A DNA stretch of 32,442 nucleotides from Thraustochytrium aureum (lineage: Eukaryota): assembly GCA_012862495.1 (NCBI GenBank), contig BLSG01000402.1:475269-507710 (forward strand). The letters are read 5' to 3'. Below the pieces are notes generated by a model, which saw only the letters and a program-made list of their open reading frames with translations, ran no database searches and had not been told where the DNA came from. The translations under genes were made by a program, and so were the position numbers. Shown here piece after piece: positions 12,372 through 23,786 of the stretch. Position 1 is the first letter of the stretch. Each line of letters begins with the position of its first letter.

Positions 12372-13420
12372 TCAGAGCATTTTCATGAGGGACATTGCCA
12401 CTCCTTGGCCTGCTATTGGCGAAGGGGAGCGCAGCAAGCCCTCCGAGGGCGCAGAGTCTTGTCGGTGCGTGAAGGAGGCGCGGGCTTGTTTCGAGCTCGC
12501 AGGGTAGGAGCGCCCCACGGGAAACGCTGCGGAAAAGGCCGCAAGCGAGGCCTGCGTGGGCTCCGGCCAAAACGAGAGGATCGGGGAGGAGGGCGCCGTG
12601 CCAGGCGACCCCGACCCTGTTCGGGCTAGTGGCCGGCACAGGCCAAACGTCAGCGGCGGGCACGCGATTGTAGGTGGCGGCGCCGGCATCTGCGCCGGCA
12701 TCTGCGCCGGATCTGCGCCGGCATCTGCGCCGGCATCTGCGCCGGCATCTGCGCCGGCATCTGCGCCGGNNNNNNNNNNNNNNNNNNNNNNNNNNNNNNN
12801 NNNNNNNNNNNNNNNNNNNNNNNNNNNNNNNNNNNNNNNNNNNNNNNNNNNNNNNNNNNNNNNNNNNNNNNNNNNNNNNNNNNNNNNNNNNNNNNNNNNN
12901 NNNNNNNNNNNNNNNNNNNNNNNNNNNNNNNNNNNNNNNNNNNNNNNNNNNNNNNNNNNNNNNNNNNNNNNNNNTGCTGCCGCTTGGCAACAGGTTGGGC
13001 CGCGGTCTCGGGCTCGCTCGCGCGGCGTTGCTCTGTCGCTGAGGGCGACTGCGCCCTGCCGCGCTTCCGTCGAAGGCGGTCGATTCGCGCCTCCAGCAGA
13101 TCCATCATCGATGTCCCGTCAGCAGAAACGATCCCGACCTGCCGCAAAAGGTGGTCAGCGCCAGATATCCACTCGCGCACCTTGTCGACCGCCTGGCGCT
13201 TCCCTTGGATCCCAAAGAGCCGCAGACCAGCGGAAGCGCGCATGAGTTCAGGGCTGGCCTCCTCCCCCAGCGCAAGGTTCAGCGCCACGCACAGCTTCTT
13301 CAGGTCCTCGCCTTCCATCACCTCGAGCTCCGCCACGGACCTCGGCATACTCGGTGCCGTCCCGCCGACCTCGTCCTCCCGCCCAGCCCCAGCGGCAGCC
13401 AGCTCCCCGGGGTCCTTCAT
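12372..13420 (-). CDS. Hypothetical protein: helical N-terminal domain, (PAQM)n tract and Pro/Ser-rich tail; spans a gap and a 1-nt indel
   Basis: ATG 13420 (MKDPGELAAAG...LKKLCVALNLAL...MMDLLEARIDRLRRKRGR) reads like a protein. PAQM repeats follow the gap. One repeat unit lacks a base at 12710/12711, after which ORF 12372..12701 continues MPAQMPAPPPT. Confidence 0.55.
12680..12769. repeat. 12-nt tandem repeat GCGCCGGCATCT (encodes PAQM on the minus strand), running into a gap
   Basis: About 7.5 visible copies, one of them 11 nt. Confidence 0.97.
12770..12974. other. Assembly gap (N run)
   Basis: N run adjacent to the 12-nt repeat. Confidence 0.99.
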
Positions 13421-13527
13421 CCTCCCGCGCAGCCTCCGCCGGCACCTGGCGCCACCGCACCGAGCCCCCCGCGCTCCGGTCAAGCCCGCCGCGGCCCAAC
13501 TCCTCGCCACCGCGCCCTGCTCGGCAA

Positions 13528-13596
13528 CTGCTGCTGCTGCTGCCGCTGCTGCTGCTGCTGTTGCTGTTGCTGCTGGTGGTCGTGGTCGTGGTCGTG

Positions 13597-13634
<38 letters not shown>

Positions 13635-13676
13635 GGTGGTGGCGGTGGTGGTGGTGGTGGCGCTGGTGGGGGTGGG
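13528..13676. repeat. Compound microsatellite (CTG)n-(GTGGTC)n-(GTG)n
   Basis: Directly visible; lies upstream of the 13420 ATG. Confidence 0.95.
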
Positions 13677-13807
13677 CTGGATGGAGCTGTTGTGTGTCGG
13701 TCGGCCTGCCCATCTCCTGATTGATTGATCGGTTGATCGATCGAGGGATGCGCTCTTGGACACTCTGTCTGCTTCGACACGCAAACCAAGAACCAATGGC
13801 AGTGGAG

Positions 13808-13862
13808 AGGAAGGAAGGAAGGAAGGAAGGAAGGAAGGAAGGCCTTCAGGAAGGGAGGAAGG
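13808..13862. repeat. (GGAA)n microsatellite
   Basis: Directly visible. Confidence 0.95.
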
Positions 13863-14285
13863 ACTTCGATCCGCACACGCAGGCAGGCAGCAGGCAGGCA
13901 AGCACGCACTGCTGACGAAGTTGGCAAGCAGACCACTGGCAGGCCAGGCCAACTTGAACAGAGGCAGGCCGCGGCGGCTTGAAACAAGCAAGCAAGCGCT
14001 GCTCCACAGTCAGCAAGGGCCCCTTGGCAAGAGCGAGCCCCTGCCAGAGAGCGACCCAGCTGCTAGTCGTACTCCGTACTCGAGGGATGCCCCCGCCGGT
14101 CTGGAATGCGCCCAACACGTGTTACTAGTATTACTACTCACTGGCTGCAGGGAACGAACAGATTCGGGTTCGGTGGGCCACAAAAGACCACTTCGTTGTT
14201 CTTCTGAAGAGAAACGTTCCTTCGTTCATGGCGGCACGGGGCAGGCGGGCGTCGAGGCAGTGCGCGAATCGGCAGCGCGCACGCG

Positions 14286-14352
14286 GCCAGCGTGCCGGCC
14301 AGCGTGCCAGCCAGCCAGCCAGCCAGCGTGCCAGCCAGCGTGCCAGCCAGCG
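14286..14352. repeat. (GCCA)n / GCCAGCGTGCCA simple repeat
   Basis: Directly visible. Confidence 0.85.
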
Positions 14353-14476
14353 AGCTGCGTTGCGTTTGGACGGCTGGGCGTGGTGCGGCTCGCGGCGCGG
14401 ATCCCGCCGCGGCGCTTCGTTCTCCGCCCTTGCGACGAGAGCAGAGCACGCGCTCGGGCGCCCTCGAGCGAAGAGC

Positions 14477-15076
14477 ATGCTCGAGTTTGAGGCCGGGCAG
14501 GAGGATGAGTTTGAGCAGAACACGCTGAGCCTCTTGGACGCTGGGGCCAACCTGTTTCCCGGGGGGACGCAGGTGTTTCCCTCAAGGTTCCACTACCCGC
14601 GGCGGCTGTGGATCCTCGGCGGCGCGGCAGGCGTTTGGTCGGTGCTGTGCATGGCCGTCGTGCTAGTCGCGGGGCTCGCGAGCGAGGCGCGGAGCAACGT
14701 CACAATAGGCTTCGTGGTGGTCATGGCGCTGGTCGACGCCGCGGCGTTGGGGCTCGGCGCAGTGTGGCTCAGACAGGATCGTGCCTCGTACGAGGACAAG
14801 GTCGCGAACGGAATGTGGCTGGAAGGCATCTTTGTCTTCTCGACCGGGGACGTGGTCGTGCGCTTCAACGAGGTGTTCCGCAAGGTAGAAAAGGAGTTTG
14901 AGAGCGGCACAATCTCCAACGCCAGGCCAGTCTCAGCCGAGCGCCTCCTTCTGATTGAATACGTGGACCCACACGCGGGCCACGCGCAGACCTACCGCGT
15001 AGACTGCTCACGTCTCGTGCACGACCCGGCCGAGATTGCGCAGAGTATTAATGCCCGCGAAGCCTCGCCGTATTGA
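14477..15076 (+). CDS. Hypothetical membrane protein, 199 aa: two TM helices followed by a beta-rich soluble domain
   Basis: ATG 14477 (MLEFEAGQEDEF). Two hydrophobic segments (LWILGGAAGVWSVLCMAVVLVAGLA; VTIGFVVVMALVDAAALGLGAVWL). GC3-rich codons; stop at 15074-15076. Confidence 0.8.
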   Translation: MLEFEAGQEDEFEQNTLSLLDAGANLFPGGTQVFPSRFHYPRRLWILGGAAGVWSVLCMAVVLVAGLASEARSNVTIGFVVVMALVDAAALGLGAVWLRQDRASYEDKVANGMWLEGIFVFSTGDVVVRFNEVFRKVEKEFESGTISNARPVSAERLLLIEYVDPHAGHAQTYRVDCSRLVHDPAEIAQSINAREASPY

Positions 15077-16033
15077 CCCTCGCAACTCGGCGTTCGCCTC
15101 TGCCAAGCGGGCAGCCCGGCGCCTTGTCTCGTCGCGGATGCATTCTTTTGCGTTCGTCCCGGGGAAGTCGGCTCCGCTCACCCGCTGGCAAGGCTGGATG
15201 CTGCAAGTACTCAGACCCCAATCAAGCCAGCTCCGCTGCCGCGTGATTTGCGAGTGGAAGCGAACTGCGAATCATCTTGTCCTCAAGATCGGACGCCCAC
15301 CAATCCTTCTCGTGGCTCGCGGCCGCGGCCGTGTCGGGTGCCCCAGATGCACGGTGGCCTTCCGATGCAGAGAGACGCGGCTTGCAGGCCGTTGCGCGAA
15401 AGCTCCACGGAGGCCGCCGTCGTCGCCGGCTTTCAAAAACCCTGCATCCCCCCTCAAAAGACTAGACGAGGCGAACAACAGCAACAACCTTCCTGGGCCC
15501 TGCGACGACATCTGCACGACTGGCACAGTTCAACCAAGACAAACAAACGCACCTGGGGCGCGCTATCAACATGATGGCGCCCAGACCGCGCGCTGCGCCT
15601 TGCCACCTGATCAGCGTCGTTACTCCCCGGGTTTCCCGTCGAGTCCGACACCAACCCACGTTCGCAGGAGGCCTCGACGACGTCGCCGCTTCGCGTATTC
15701 TCATCATACGTCGTCAGCTCCAACCCCGACAGCGCAAGCAAGTCAAGCACATTCTGTCCTTCAATTCCACGAGCGAGGTTTCCCCACGTCCACCTCGTGA
15801 ACGCCGCCCGAGCGGGCCGAGCCGCGTCAGGCGCGCGCGTCTCGCGTTGCCGAATTGTGGCCTCCACGATGCATCCTCGAGTCCTCCCATCATCGCAGCA
15901 GAAAATCTTCAGAGGCGCCGCGCGGATTGAACTTGCGATTATAATCGATTGTATCTCGCGACTCACAAAGCCGGCGTGCGGGTTCCCGCAGAGGAAAAGA
16001 TAACAGTTTTTTTTGTACTCCACTCCAGAGTCC

Positions 16034-16075
16034 AGAGCAGAGCAGAGCAGAGCAGAGCAGAGGAGAGCAGAGCAG
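16034..16075. repeat. (AGAGC)n pentanucleotide microsatellite
   Basis: Directly visible, preceded by a poly-T run near 16007. Confidence 0.9.
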
Positions 16076-16317
16076 CAACTCCGCGGGCCCGGCAGGAGCA
16101 GAGCGGCAACGCGCGACGAGCCGAAAGGTCGAGCGCGCCTGGCGCCTCCTGGCTGCGCTGCTTTGGTCCTTGTCGTGAGCCCCGACGGCGACCTGACGCG
16201 GTTGGTGACCGCCGAGGAGCGCTGCGGTATCCAGGATATACGGTACGCCACTCATAGTAGCTACCGGTCGGGACAACCTGCGCGCGGAGGTAGCTCGGCA
16301 GAAGGCGGGGCGGCACG

Positions 16318-17934
16318 ATGACGGAGACCAACACCCTGAAGAACTCCAGCATCACGCTGGAGAAAATCCTGCAGCCCGCGAAGGACGAGCGCAAAACCAA
16401 GATCGTTTGCACGATTGGCCCGTCCTGCTGGTCGAAGGAAATGCTCGGCCAACTGATCGACGCAGGCATGAGCGTCGCGAGGCTCAACTTTAGCCACGGG
16501 GACCACAAGGTACACGCCAACACGGTGGCCAACATCCGCGCCGCTGCGGCAGAGAAAAACGCCAACGTGGCCATCCTCCTGGACACCAAGGGCCCAGAAA
16601 TCCGCACCGGGTTCCTGGAAGACGGCAAGCCTGTGCAGCTTACCAAAGGCGCCGCTGTAGAGATCACCACCGACTACGAAGCCAAGGGCAACGCCAGCCT
16701 CATTCCCTGCTCGTACAAGTCGCTGCCAAAGTCGGTCAAGCCCGGGACCGTCATCCTCATGGCCGACGGCTCGCTCACAATGAAGGTGACCGAAATCAAA
16801 GAGGCGTCCGTCATGGTCGAAATGCTCAACTCTGGCATTCTCGGTGAACGCAAAAACATGAACCTCCCCGGCATCGTGGTCGACCTCCCCACCATCACGG
16901 AGAAGGACAAGGAGGACCTGGAAAAGTTTGGCGTGCTCTTCGGCGTCGACATCGTTGCCGCCTCCTTCATCCGAAAGGCGGAGGACATCGCCACTATCCG
17001 GCAAGTGCTCGGCTCGCGCGGGCGCAACATCAAGATCGTCGCCAAGATCGAAAACCAAGAGGGCCTCGAGAACTTTGACGCCATCCTTGCGGCCGCGGAC
17101 GGAATCATGGTTGCCCGAGGCGACCTGGGCATGGAGATCCCCCCCGAGAAGGTCTTCCTCGCGCAAAAGCTCATGATTCGCAAGTGCAACATCGCCGGCA
17201 AGCCCGTCATCACCGCAACGCAGATGCTGGAGAGCATGATCAAAAATCCGCGCCCCACGCGCGCAGAGTGCACCGACGTGGCCAACGCCGTGCTCGACGG
17301 CACGGACGCGGTCATGCTCTCAGGCGAGACCGCAGGGGGCGACTGGCCGATCGAGGCCTGCACGATCATGTCGAGCATCTGCCGCGAGGCGGAGACCGCT
17401 GTGAATTCGGACAAGCTCTACGTCGCGACGCGCAATACCGTCAACCTGGCCAACAAGGGGGAGCCGCTCTCCACCACCGAGGCGATCGGGAGCAGCGCTG
17501 TCAAGACCTCGATCGACATGCAGGCCAAGATGGTTGTCGTGCTGACCGAGACGGGCACAACCCCGCGCCTCGTCGCCAAGTACCGCCCCGCGGTGCCGAT
17601 GCTCGTGCTCACGGCCGACCCGATGATCGCGCGCCAGTGCAGCGGGATGCTCCGAGGCTGCCGCGCCGAGTGCATTGGCTCCATGATCGGGACCAACTCG
17701 ATCTTGTACCGCGCGGCGTCCATCGGGATCGAGCTCGGCTACGTCAAGCCGGGCGACCTTATCGTCGCGGTGCACGGGATGCGCGACGCGCAGTCGGGTG
17801 CCACGAACCAGCTCAAGGTCCTGGAGGTCCCCAGCATGTCGGACTTGCCCGGCGCGCCTTCAACGATGGGTTCGCACAACAACCAGTCCAACGACGACGA
17901 GGTTGACCCGGATTTGCAGGACCTGCTCGAGTAA
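16318..17934 (+). CDS. PYK: Pyruvate kinase, probably cytosolic, 538 aa
   Basis: RKTKIVCTIGP, ARLNFSHG, ILLDTKGPEIRTG, IVAKIENQEG, DGIMVARGDLGMEIP, ATQMLESMIKNPRPTRAE, DAVMLSGETA. Intact intronless ORF with no obvious N-terminal presequence. Confidence 0.99.
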   Translation: MTETNTLKNSSITLEKILQPAKDERKTKIVCTIGPSCWSKEMLGQLIDAGMSVARLNFSHGDHKVHANTVANIRAAAAEKNANVAILLDTKGPEIRTGFLEDGKPVQLTKGAAVEITTDYEAKGNASLIPCSYKSLPKSVKPGTVILMADGSLTMKVTEIKEASVMVEMLNSGILGERKNMNLPGIVVDLPTITEKDKEDLEKFGVLFGVDIVAASFIRKAEDIATIRQVLGSRGRNIKIVAKIENQEGLENFDAILAAADGIMVARGDLGMEIPPEKVFLAQKLMIRKCNIAGKPVITATQMLESMIKNPRPTRAECTDVANAVLDGTDAVMLSGETAGGDWPIEACTIMSSICREAETAVNSDKLYVATRNTVNLANKGEPLSTTEAIGSSAVKTSIDMQAKMVVVLTETGTTPRLVAKYRPAVPMLVLTADPMIARQCSGMLRGCRAECIGSMIGTNSILYRAASIGIELGYVKPGDLIVAVHGMRDAQSGATNQLKVLEVPSMSDLPGAPSTMGSHNNQSNDDEVDPDLQDLLE

Positions 17935-18409
17935 GCGGCCACCACCTGACCTGTCTGTAGGTACGCGAATCGCCGCTGCGCCTTGTGCGCGCCCGCGCCC
18001 GTTGCATGCGCGCGTGCGCTCGTCCCGATTCGGCCCAGGGCAAGACCGCGCAGGCGCGCATTTGCAGCATACTTGCCACTCCCTTCGAAAAAACAAAATG
18101 AGACCCTTCTCGAGGCACCCGACCACCTAAAGATCGCCTGCTCGAGCTCCAGCTTGCGCGAGCGCGAGCGAGAGGGCCGCCCAGGTCTGCCAGCGTCCAG
18201 GCGTCGCGTTTCTAGGTCGTCTCTCGCTCCTTCTTTCGCAAGCAGCAAGAAGGAAGGGTCAGGTTTTCATCGTCGTGAGTACCAGAGCAGTGAAGCCGCA
18301 CACCGCCAGCGCGCAGGCAGCACGCGGGCCGCGGCGAGCAGCCCGAGCAGCCTCAGGAGTGTCTCGACAGTCGGGAGCGAGGACAAAAACAAGCGGACCT
18401 GCGTGGCGA

Positions 18410-18623
18410 NNNNNNNNNNNNNNNNNNNNNNNNNNNNNNNNNNNNNNNNNNNNNNNNNNNNNNNNNNNNNNNNNNNNNNNNNNNNNNNNNNNNNNNNNNN
18501 NNNNNNNNNNNNNNNNNNNNNNNNNNNNNNNNNNNNNNNNNNNNNNNNNNNNNNNNNNNNNNNNNNNNNNNNNNNNNNNNNNNNNNNNNNNNNNNNNNNN
18601 NNNNNNNNNNNNNNNNNNNNNNN
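18410..18623. other. Assembly gap (N run), intergenic
   Basis: N run. Confidence 0.99.
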
Positions 18624-18795
18624 NGTTTTTTTTTTCAAAAATCGAGCTTCGCCAAAGCAATCCCCGCACGCGGGCCGCGGCGCACCAGCGCGAAGAGCTG
18701 CGCGAGGAGGGCAGCGGGCGCAGGGCGGGCGGGAGGAGCGCCTCCTGCAGCCAGCTTCCCTTGCAGCGCGGTTCGCCCGCGCGACTCTGGTTGCG

Positions 18796-21700
18796 ATGGA
18801 GGAAAGCTTCGAAAACTACCTCGCGGGATCCGATGAAGACAGCTTCTTCTCCAGCAGAGGCCCGGGGCGGTATGGCGGCAGCGGAGGGCTTGGCGGGGCT
18901 TTCGGCAGCGGCGCCATTGGAGGGGGCATCGCACAGAGCCCAGACTCGGGCGACTCCTCGTTCGGCGCGGGCCAAGCAGGCATGCTCGAAAGGGCCGCGC
19001 TCGGAGCCCGCGACGAGCCGCTGTCGCCGGGCTTGTACGGCTGGGATGCAGCTGATGGCGCAGGGGCATCGGCGGCCTACTCGCGCGGCGCCGAGGGCGA
19101 CGCCGCCTACGACTTCGAGATCGACCTGAACGCCAAGGACAAGAAGAAGACGAAAAAGAAGAAGACAGCGAAGAAGGTCAGGGACAAGGACCAGGAGCGC
19201 GCCGAGCGAGCCAAGCGCGAAGAGGCCCTCAAGAAAACGAAAGAGCAGCGCATGGAGGAGCTCCTAGGCCAGCTGAGCTCGGAGCGCCAGGCCATAAAGG
19301 ACCGCGAGCGAGAGCAGGCCGAGCGCGAGATCAGACTCGAGCGAGAGCGCGAAGAGCGCGAGCGCGCGGAAGAGGCCGCCGCGGCTGTGAAAAGTAGCGC
19401 ACACGACGAGGACGACGTGTACGACCTAGCAAGCCGCACTTCGATCGGGTCCGACTCGCTGGACATGTCGTCCGCCGACTTTGAGGTCGGCGGCTACCAA
19501 AGGAAATCTCAACGCTCGGTGGAAGCAGTAGCGATCAGCTCTGCGGGCCTCAAGCCGAGCGCGCAAGCAAGCCCCGATGGGGCTGACACCAACACGGACA
19601 CGGATGCAAACTACAGCGACGATCTCGAGGCTAGCAGTGCCGCGGCAGACAACGCCAATGCAACAGACCAAGTCCTTGACGACAGCGACGGCGGAGGCGG
19701 GGGCATGCAACTGCAGCGCAAGCTCTCGGCCCGACTTGGAAAGGAGTTGTCGGGGGACAGAGCGGCGAACGAGCTGTCCTTCGCCGACCTCTCAAACTTG
19801 ATGAACGCAACGCACGAAGAAGACGAGAGCCTCGACCAAGTCGATACCGAGGAGGGTCCTGCGCATGGGAGCACCGAGCACTCACGCACCTCGCAGCATG
19901 GTTCGAGGACGACCTTTGATCTCAGCGATCTCAGCGGCGACAAGGAGGACCACAACGACTTTGAGGATGGCGATGCTGAGAGCCAGAGGTTCAAGACCGG
20001 CTCTGGGCCAGACAAGGACGGTCGCCAGGCGACTGAGGGCGACGAGGAAGACGACGAATTCGAGACCGACCAAGACGAAGACCTCAAGCTTGCTAGTGAG
20101 ATCTACGCCTCATTCGAGGCAGAAGGAGGCGAAGCAGGCCGCGACGCTCCATCTGACAACGACGCCCAAGCTTCAGATGCCAATTTTCGCAGCACGGAAT
20201 CAGGGCCTCTCTCCGTCGGAACGCGCATCAAGGCAAAACTGTTCGACTGGGCAAACTATTATGAGGGCACCGTCAGCCGAGTGCTTGGGGACGGCACAGT
20301 CGACGTTGTCTTTGACGACGGCGACGTCGCCAATGCGGTCCACAAAAGCGCGCTGATACCTCTGCAAGACGGAGACTATGCTGCCAGCGGCCCAGATCCC
20401 AGCAATGCCAGAGCGAGCGAGTCGGGCGATTCTGACAACGACGCTGCTCGCCCGCGTCTCAGCGCGGCGCCACGTGGTCAGGCAAGGCGGGAAGAAGTGG
20501 GGTTGGCGAGTGCGGATGAGCCCGTTCCCGAGGCTCCGTCGAGCATTCTGAGGTCCATGTCCGACACGCAGCGCCACGGGCTGAACCTTGACGACAATGC
20601 AGGTGCCGCTCCTCAACCTCGTTCGCAAGTATCAGCCGAGCACACGCCGAGCTCGCCTCGATCGGAGACGGGCGAGACTGCGCGGGCAGAGCAAGTCCCG
20701 GCGACCCCGCCGCGACAGAGCCCTAGTCGGATTTCCGCCGCATCGAAACAGCCCGGTTTGAGCCCGTCAGGGAGCATTCCAAGCCGCCAGGACCCAGCCC
20801 TTTCCCCGCAATCCAAGCTGCGGGACCTGTTCTGGCAAGGGATGGCTGCTAGCCAACCTGACAAGGAACCGCGCACGGAGTCCGCAAAAAAGCCTCGTGT
20901 AGCGTTTTCGCCACCGCCGCCGCCCCCGCCGGCATCGTCGGCCAAACCGAAACGAGACCGCGCCGATCGGCCCGTGTACACGTTGAGCGAGACTTCGACG
21001 CCCGGCAAGACGCGTGTGATCCGCGCGGCTGCGCCGGCAGCCTTGTCGCCCCCGCCTCCGCCGCCGCTCTCNNNNNNNNNNNNNNNNNNNNNNNNNNNNN
21101 NNNNNNNNNNNNNNNNNNNNNNNNNNNNNNNNNNNNNNNNNNNNNNNNNNNNNNNNNNNNNNNNNNNNNNNNNNNNNNNNNNNNNNNNNNNNNNNNNNNN
21201 NNNNNNNNNNNNNNNCAGCCCTGGCTTCTCCCTTGCCGGTGTTGTCGGCAAGGGCTCTCTGAAGCGGAACCCTGTTCACGAGGAGATGGCTCGGCTCGAG
21301 TTGCGCGAGGCCGCAATCGAGAATGAGCTGAGCGAGGCGCGCCGCCAAATCGACGCTTTGCATGAGCAGAACGAGGGCATGCGGCAGGCCCTAGAGTCCA
21401 AGGATGCGGAGATCTTTCGTCTGCAAGGCGAAATCAAAGAGTTGCAGAGCACCAACGCGGTGCGTGGCTCCCTCCGGCAAGTGCTCAAAGACGAGGCGGG
21501 TGGCAAAGCGATTCCAGTGGACCAGTTGGCCAGAATCGAACACGAAATGGCAGAGCAGGATCGCCTTCTCGCTGGCTACCAAAAGGAAAACGAGAAGCTC
21601 GTGGAGCAGCTGCGCGACGCCGAACGCCGTGCGAACGAGGTCCGCGACTCAATGTACCGGGCCAACATGCGCCTCGGGCTCGAGGCCAACAACGCAGCAC

Positions 21701-23548
21701 CGGGCGGACGGACCAAGGACGCAGCAGCCGAAGACTTGCGGAAGCGCCTCGAGGCAGAGGAGGCCGTCCAAGCGCTCCAGACTGAGCTCGCCGAGGTCAA
21801 GCAGGAGGCCGCGGAGAAGCAGAGCGCCCTTCGCGCCGAGCTGGAAGCCTCGCGCAGAGCGGCAAGTAGCGGCGTGGAGCTCGCTGTGTCCAGCACCCCA
21901 GGCCAATCCTTTCAGGACGCCCTGGACGCGCTGCGAGCTGAGCTTGCGCAGGCGCGCTTTGAGCACCTCACAGAAGCAAAGGCGCTGAAAACCAAGCTTG
22001 CCTGGTATGTTGACAACCAACAGCTCATCTCGGCGAACGACGAGGAGATCGCGCAGCTCCGCGCTCGGGTCCGCGACCTCGAAACAGGCGCCAGCGAGAA
22101 AGGCGGAGTGGGCAAAGGGGCCGACTTGCGCGGCCCGCTTGGAGGCGTGAACGGGCGTCCGCGACAGTCGCTCCCGAGCGACTTGAAGCGGATCCGAACC
22201 CTCGAGAAGCAGGTGGCAGAGCTGGAAGAGGCCTTGCGCAAGCGCAACCCGGACTGCATTGCCAATCTCATTCTTGCCGCAGGCCCAACGGAATCTGAAA
22301 AGGCGACCAGGCGCGAGCTACGTCAGCAGGTCGCCCAGCTCCAGGCAGAGCTTGACAAGCGTGAGAGTGCGCACAACGCCCGCGTGCGCACCCTCCGCCA
22401 GGAGCATGAGCGTGTCAAGCTTCGCTACGAACGTCTTCTTGAGGAGGCGCGCGGCGAAAGTGGGCCAAGTCCGTCTGCCTTCAACGCAGAGGCGGTGGGG
22501 GGCGCCACGAGTCATGCTGGAGAGAGCAAAGACGGGCGCGTTGTCGCGCTTGAGCTTGAGCTTGGGCGTGTGCGTGAATTTTACCGCAAGAAGATTGAGG
22601 ACCTCAACAAAAAGTCTTCTGCCGCCTTGCGAGCGGCCCGCCGCGATCCGCCGGCGCCGCAGGGCGCCGGGTCGGCGCAACGCGACGCGGACAAGCTCCG
22701 AGCCGCCAAGGTGGCGCTCGAGGCCAGGGTGGAAGAGCTTGAGGACTACGTCGCTTCGATGTCGGATCCCAGCGCGAAGCGGCTGCGCGACGAGGCGAGC
22801 GAGCTCGCCGACCAGAACCGCCGGCTGACGGCCGAAGTGGACCGTCTCAGGGCCGCAGTTGAGCGGCTTCGACGTTCAGCTGGCGGGGAAGAAAGCAAGG
22901 ATGCCCTGGAGGATCCAACGCAAATTGGCGGCAGTTTCGACGTCGCGCAGCCGCCGCCGCTGCCGCCGCCGCCGCTGCTAGCGCCGCAAGGCCAGCTCGA
23001 CGCGCAGGTCGAGGCTCCGGAACCCTGCACAGCCGAGGGCGATGTCGGCCGCGCAGTGCGCGGCGCGCCAGGAGAAGACCCACGGACAAGAGCTAGGTGT
23101 CGACCAGAGCCAGGAGGGCCAGCCCGCCAGCGCGACTCTCCAGCTCCGCGTCAAGATGCTGGAAGAGGAAGTAAGGACTGGGAGCGAGCGGTGGGCCAAG
23201 GCACTCAAGCGGTCTGAGGCCGCCGTCGAAGAACTTTACGCTGCAAACGTCGAGCTCGACGCGCGGCTACGTGAAGCAAAGAACCGCATGCACACGCCGT
23301 TGGCCCCCTCACTAGTCCAGCAGCAGGCGCTTGCGCGGCGGATTTCGGAGCTCGAAGGCAAACTCGAGGCAAGGGAGCGCGAACTGGAGCTCGTGGTGCA
23401 CCAGGTGGAGCACAGGGCCGAGCTGGAGCTGCGGACGAAGCAAGCCGAATTCGACTCGCAGCTCGCAGCGAAGAACACTGAGATCCTCCGTTTCCGCCTG
23501 GAGCTCGACGCACTTGTCGAAAGCCTTCGTGTCCTGCAGTCGGGGTAG
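18796..23548 (+). CDS. CEP162: Centrosomal protein 162-like, with an acidic N-terminus and a Tudor-like domain; spans a gap and one +1 frameshift
   Basis: CEP162-type motifs LAGYQKENEKL, KLAWYVDNQQL and DLKRIRTLEKQVAELEEALRKRNPDCIANLILAA. The C-terminal motif KNTEILRFRLELDALVESLRVL lies in the shifted ORF 23042..23548. ATG 18796 (MEESFENY). Confidence 0.88.
21072..21215. other. Assembly gap (N run) within the CEP162-like CDS, after a poly-Pro tract
   Basis: N run. Confidence 0.99.
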
Positions 23549-23786
23549 TCCTGCTGCGGCTTGAAGCTACTCGACTCTGGAGCTACCGGTGCAGATTGGG
23601 GCCGGTCGTCGCCGCGCTCCCCTCCGCGACGGCGAGCGAGAGACGCGCGGCGCCGTCCGTTCTCGGAACAAGCCACAGGTCAGTGCCAAGCTCCGTTTTC
23701 GCTCCGATCTATGAGATTTTGGGACTCTTTTGATTTCTTACAGTGCACAATACCTCGCAGCATCCCGGTGGTGGCAGTCGGGCGCC

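Noticed and set aside
12216..12629. Plus-strand ORF with a hydrophobic N-terminus
   Set aside because: Non-ATG start, antisense to the PAQM gene 3' end, Arg-rich shadow composition.
13151..13991. ORFs with poly-C/W/V/T/H/Q tracts
   Set aside because: Artefacts of translating microsatellites.
15080..16300. Several 80-265 aa ORFs between the membrane-protein gene and pyruvate kinase
   Set aside because: No recognisable motifs, overlap simple repeats and are expected by chance in GC-rich DNA; a decayed gene fragment on the minus strand near 15600-15800 cannot be excluded.
17983..18795. Upstream extension of the 1744-aa ORF
   Set aside because: Non-ATG start, reads through an N-gap and has non-coding character; the real start is more likely ATG 18796.
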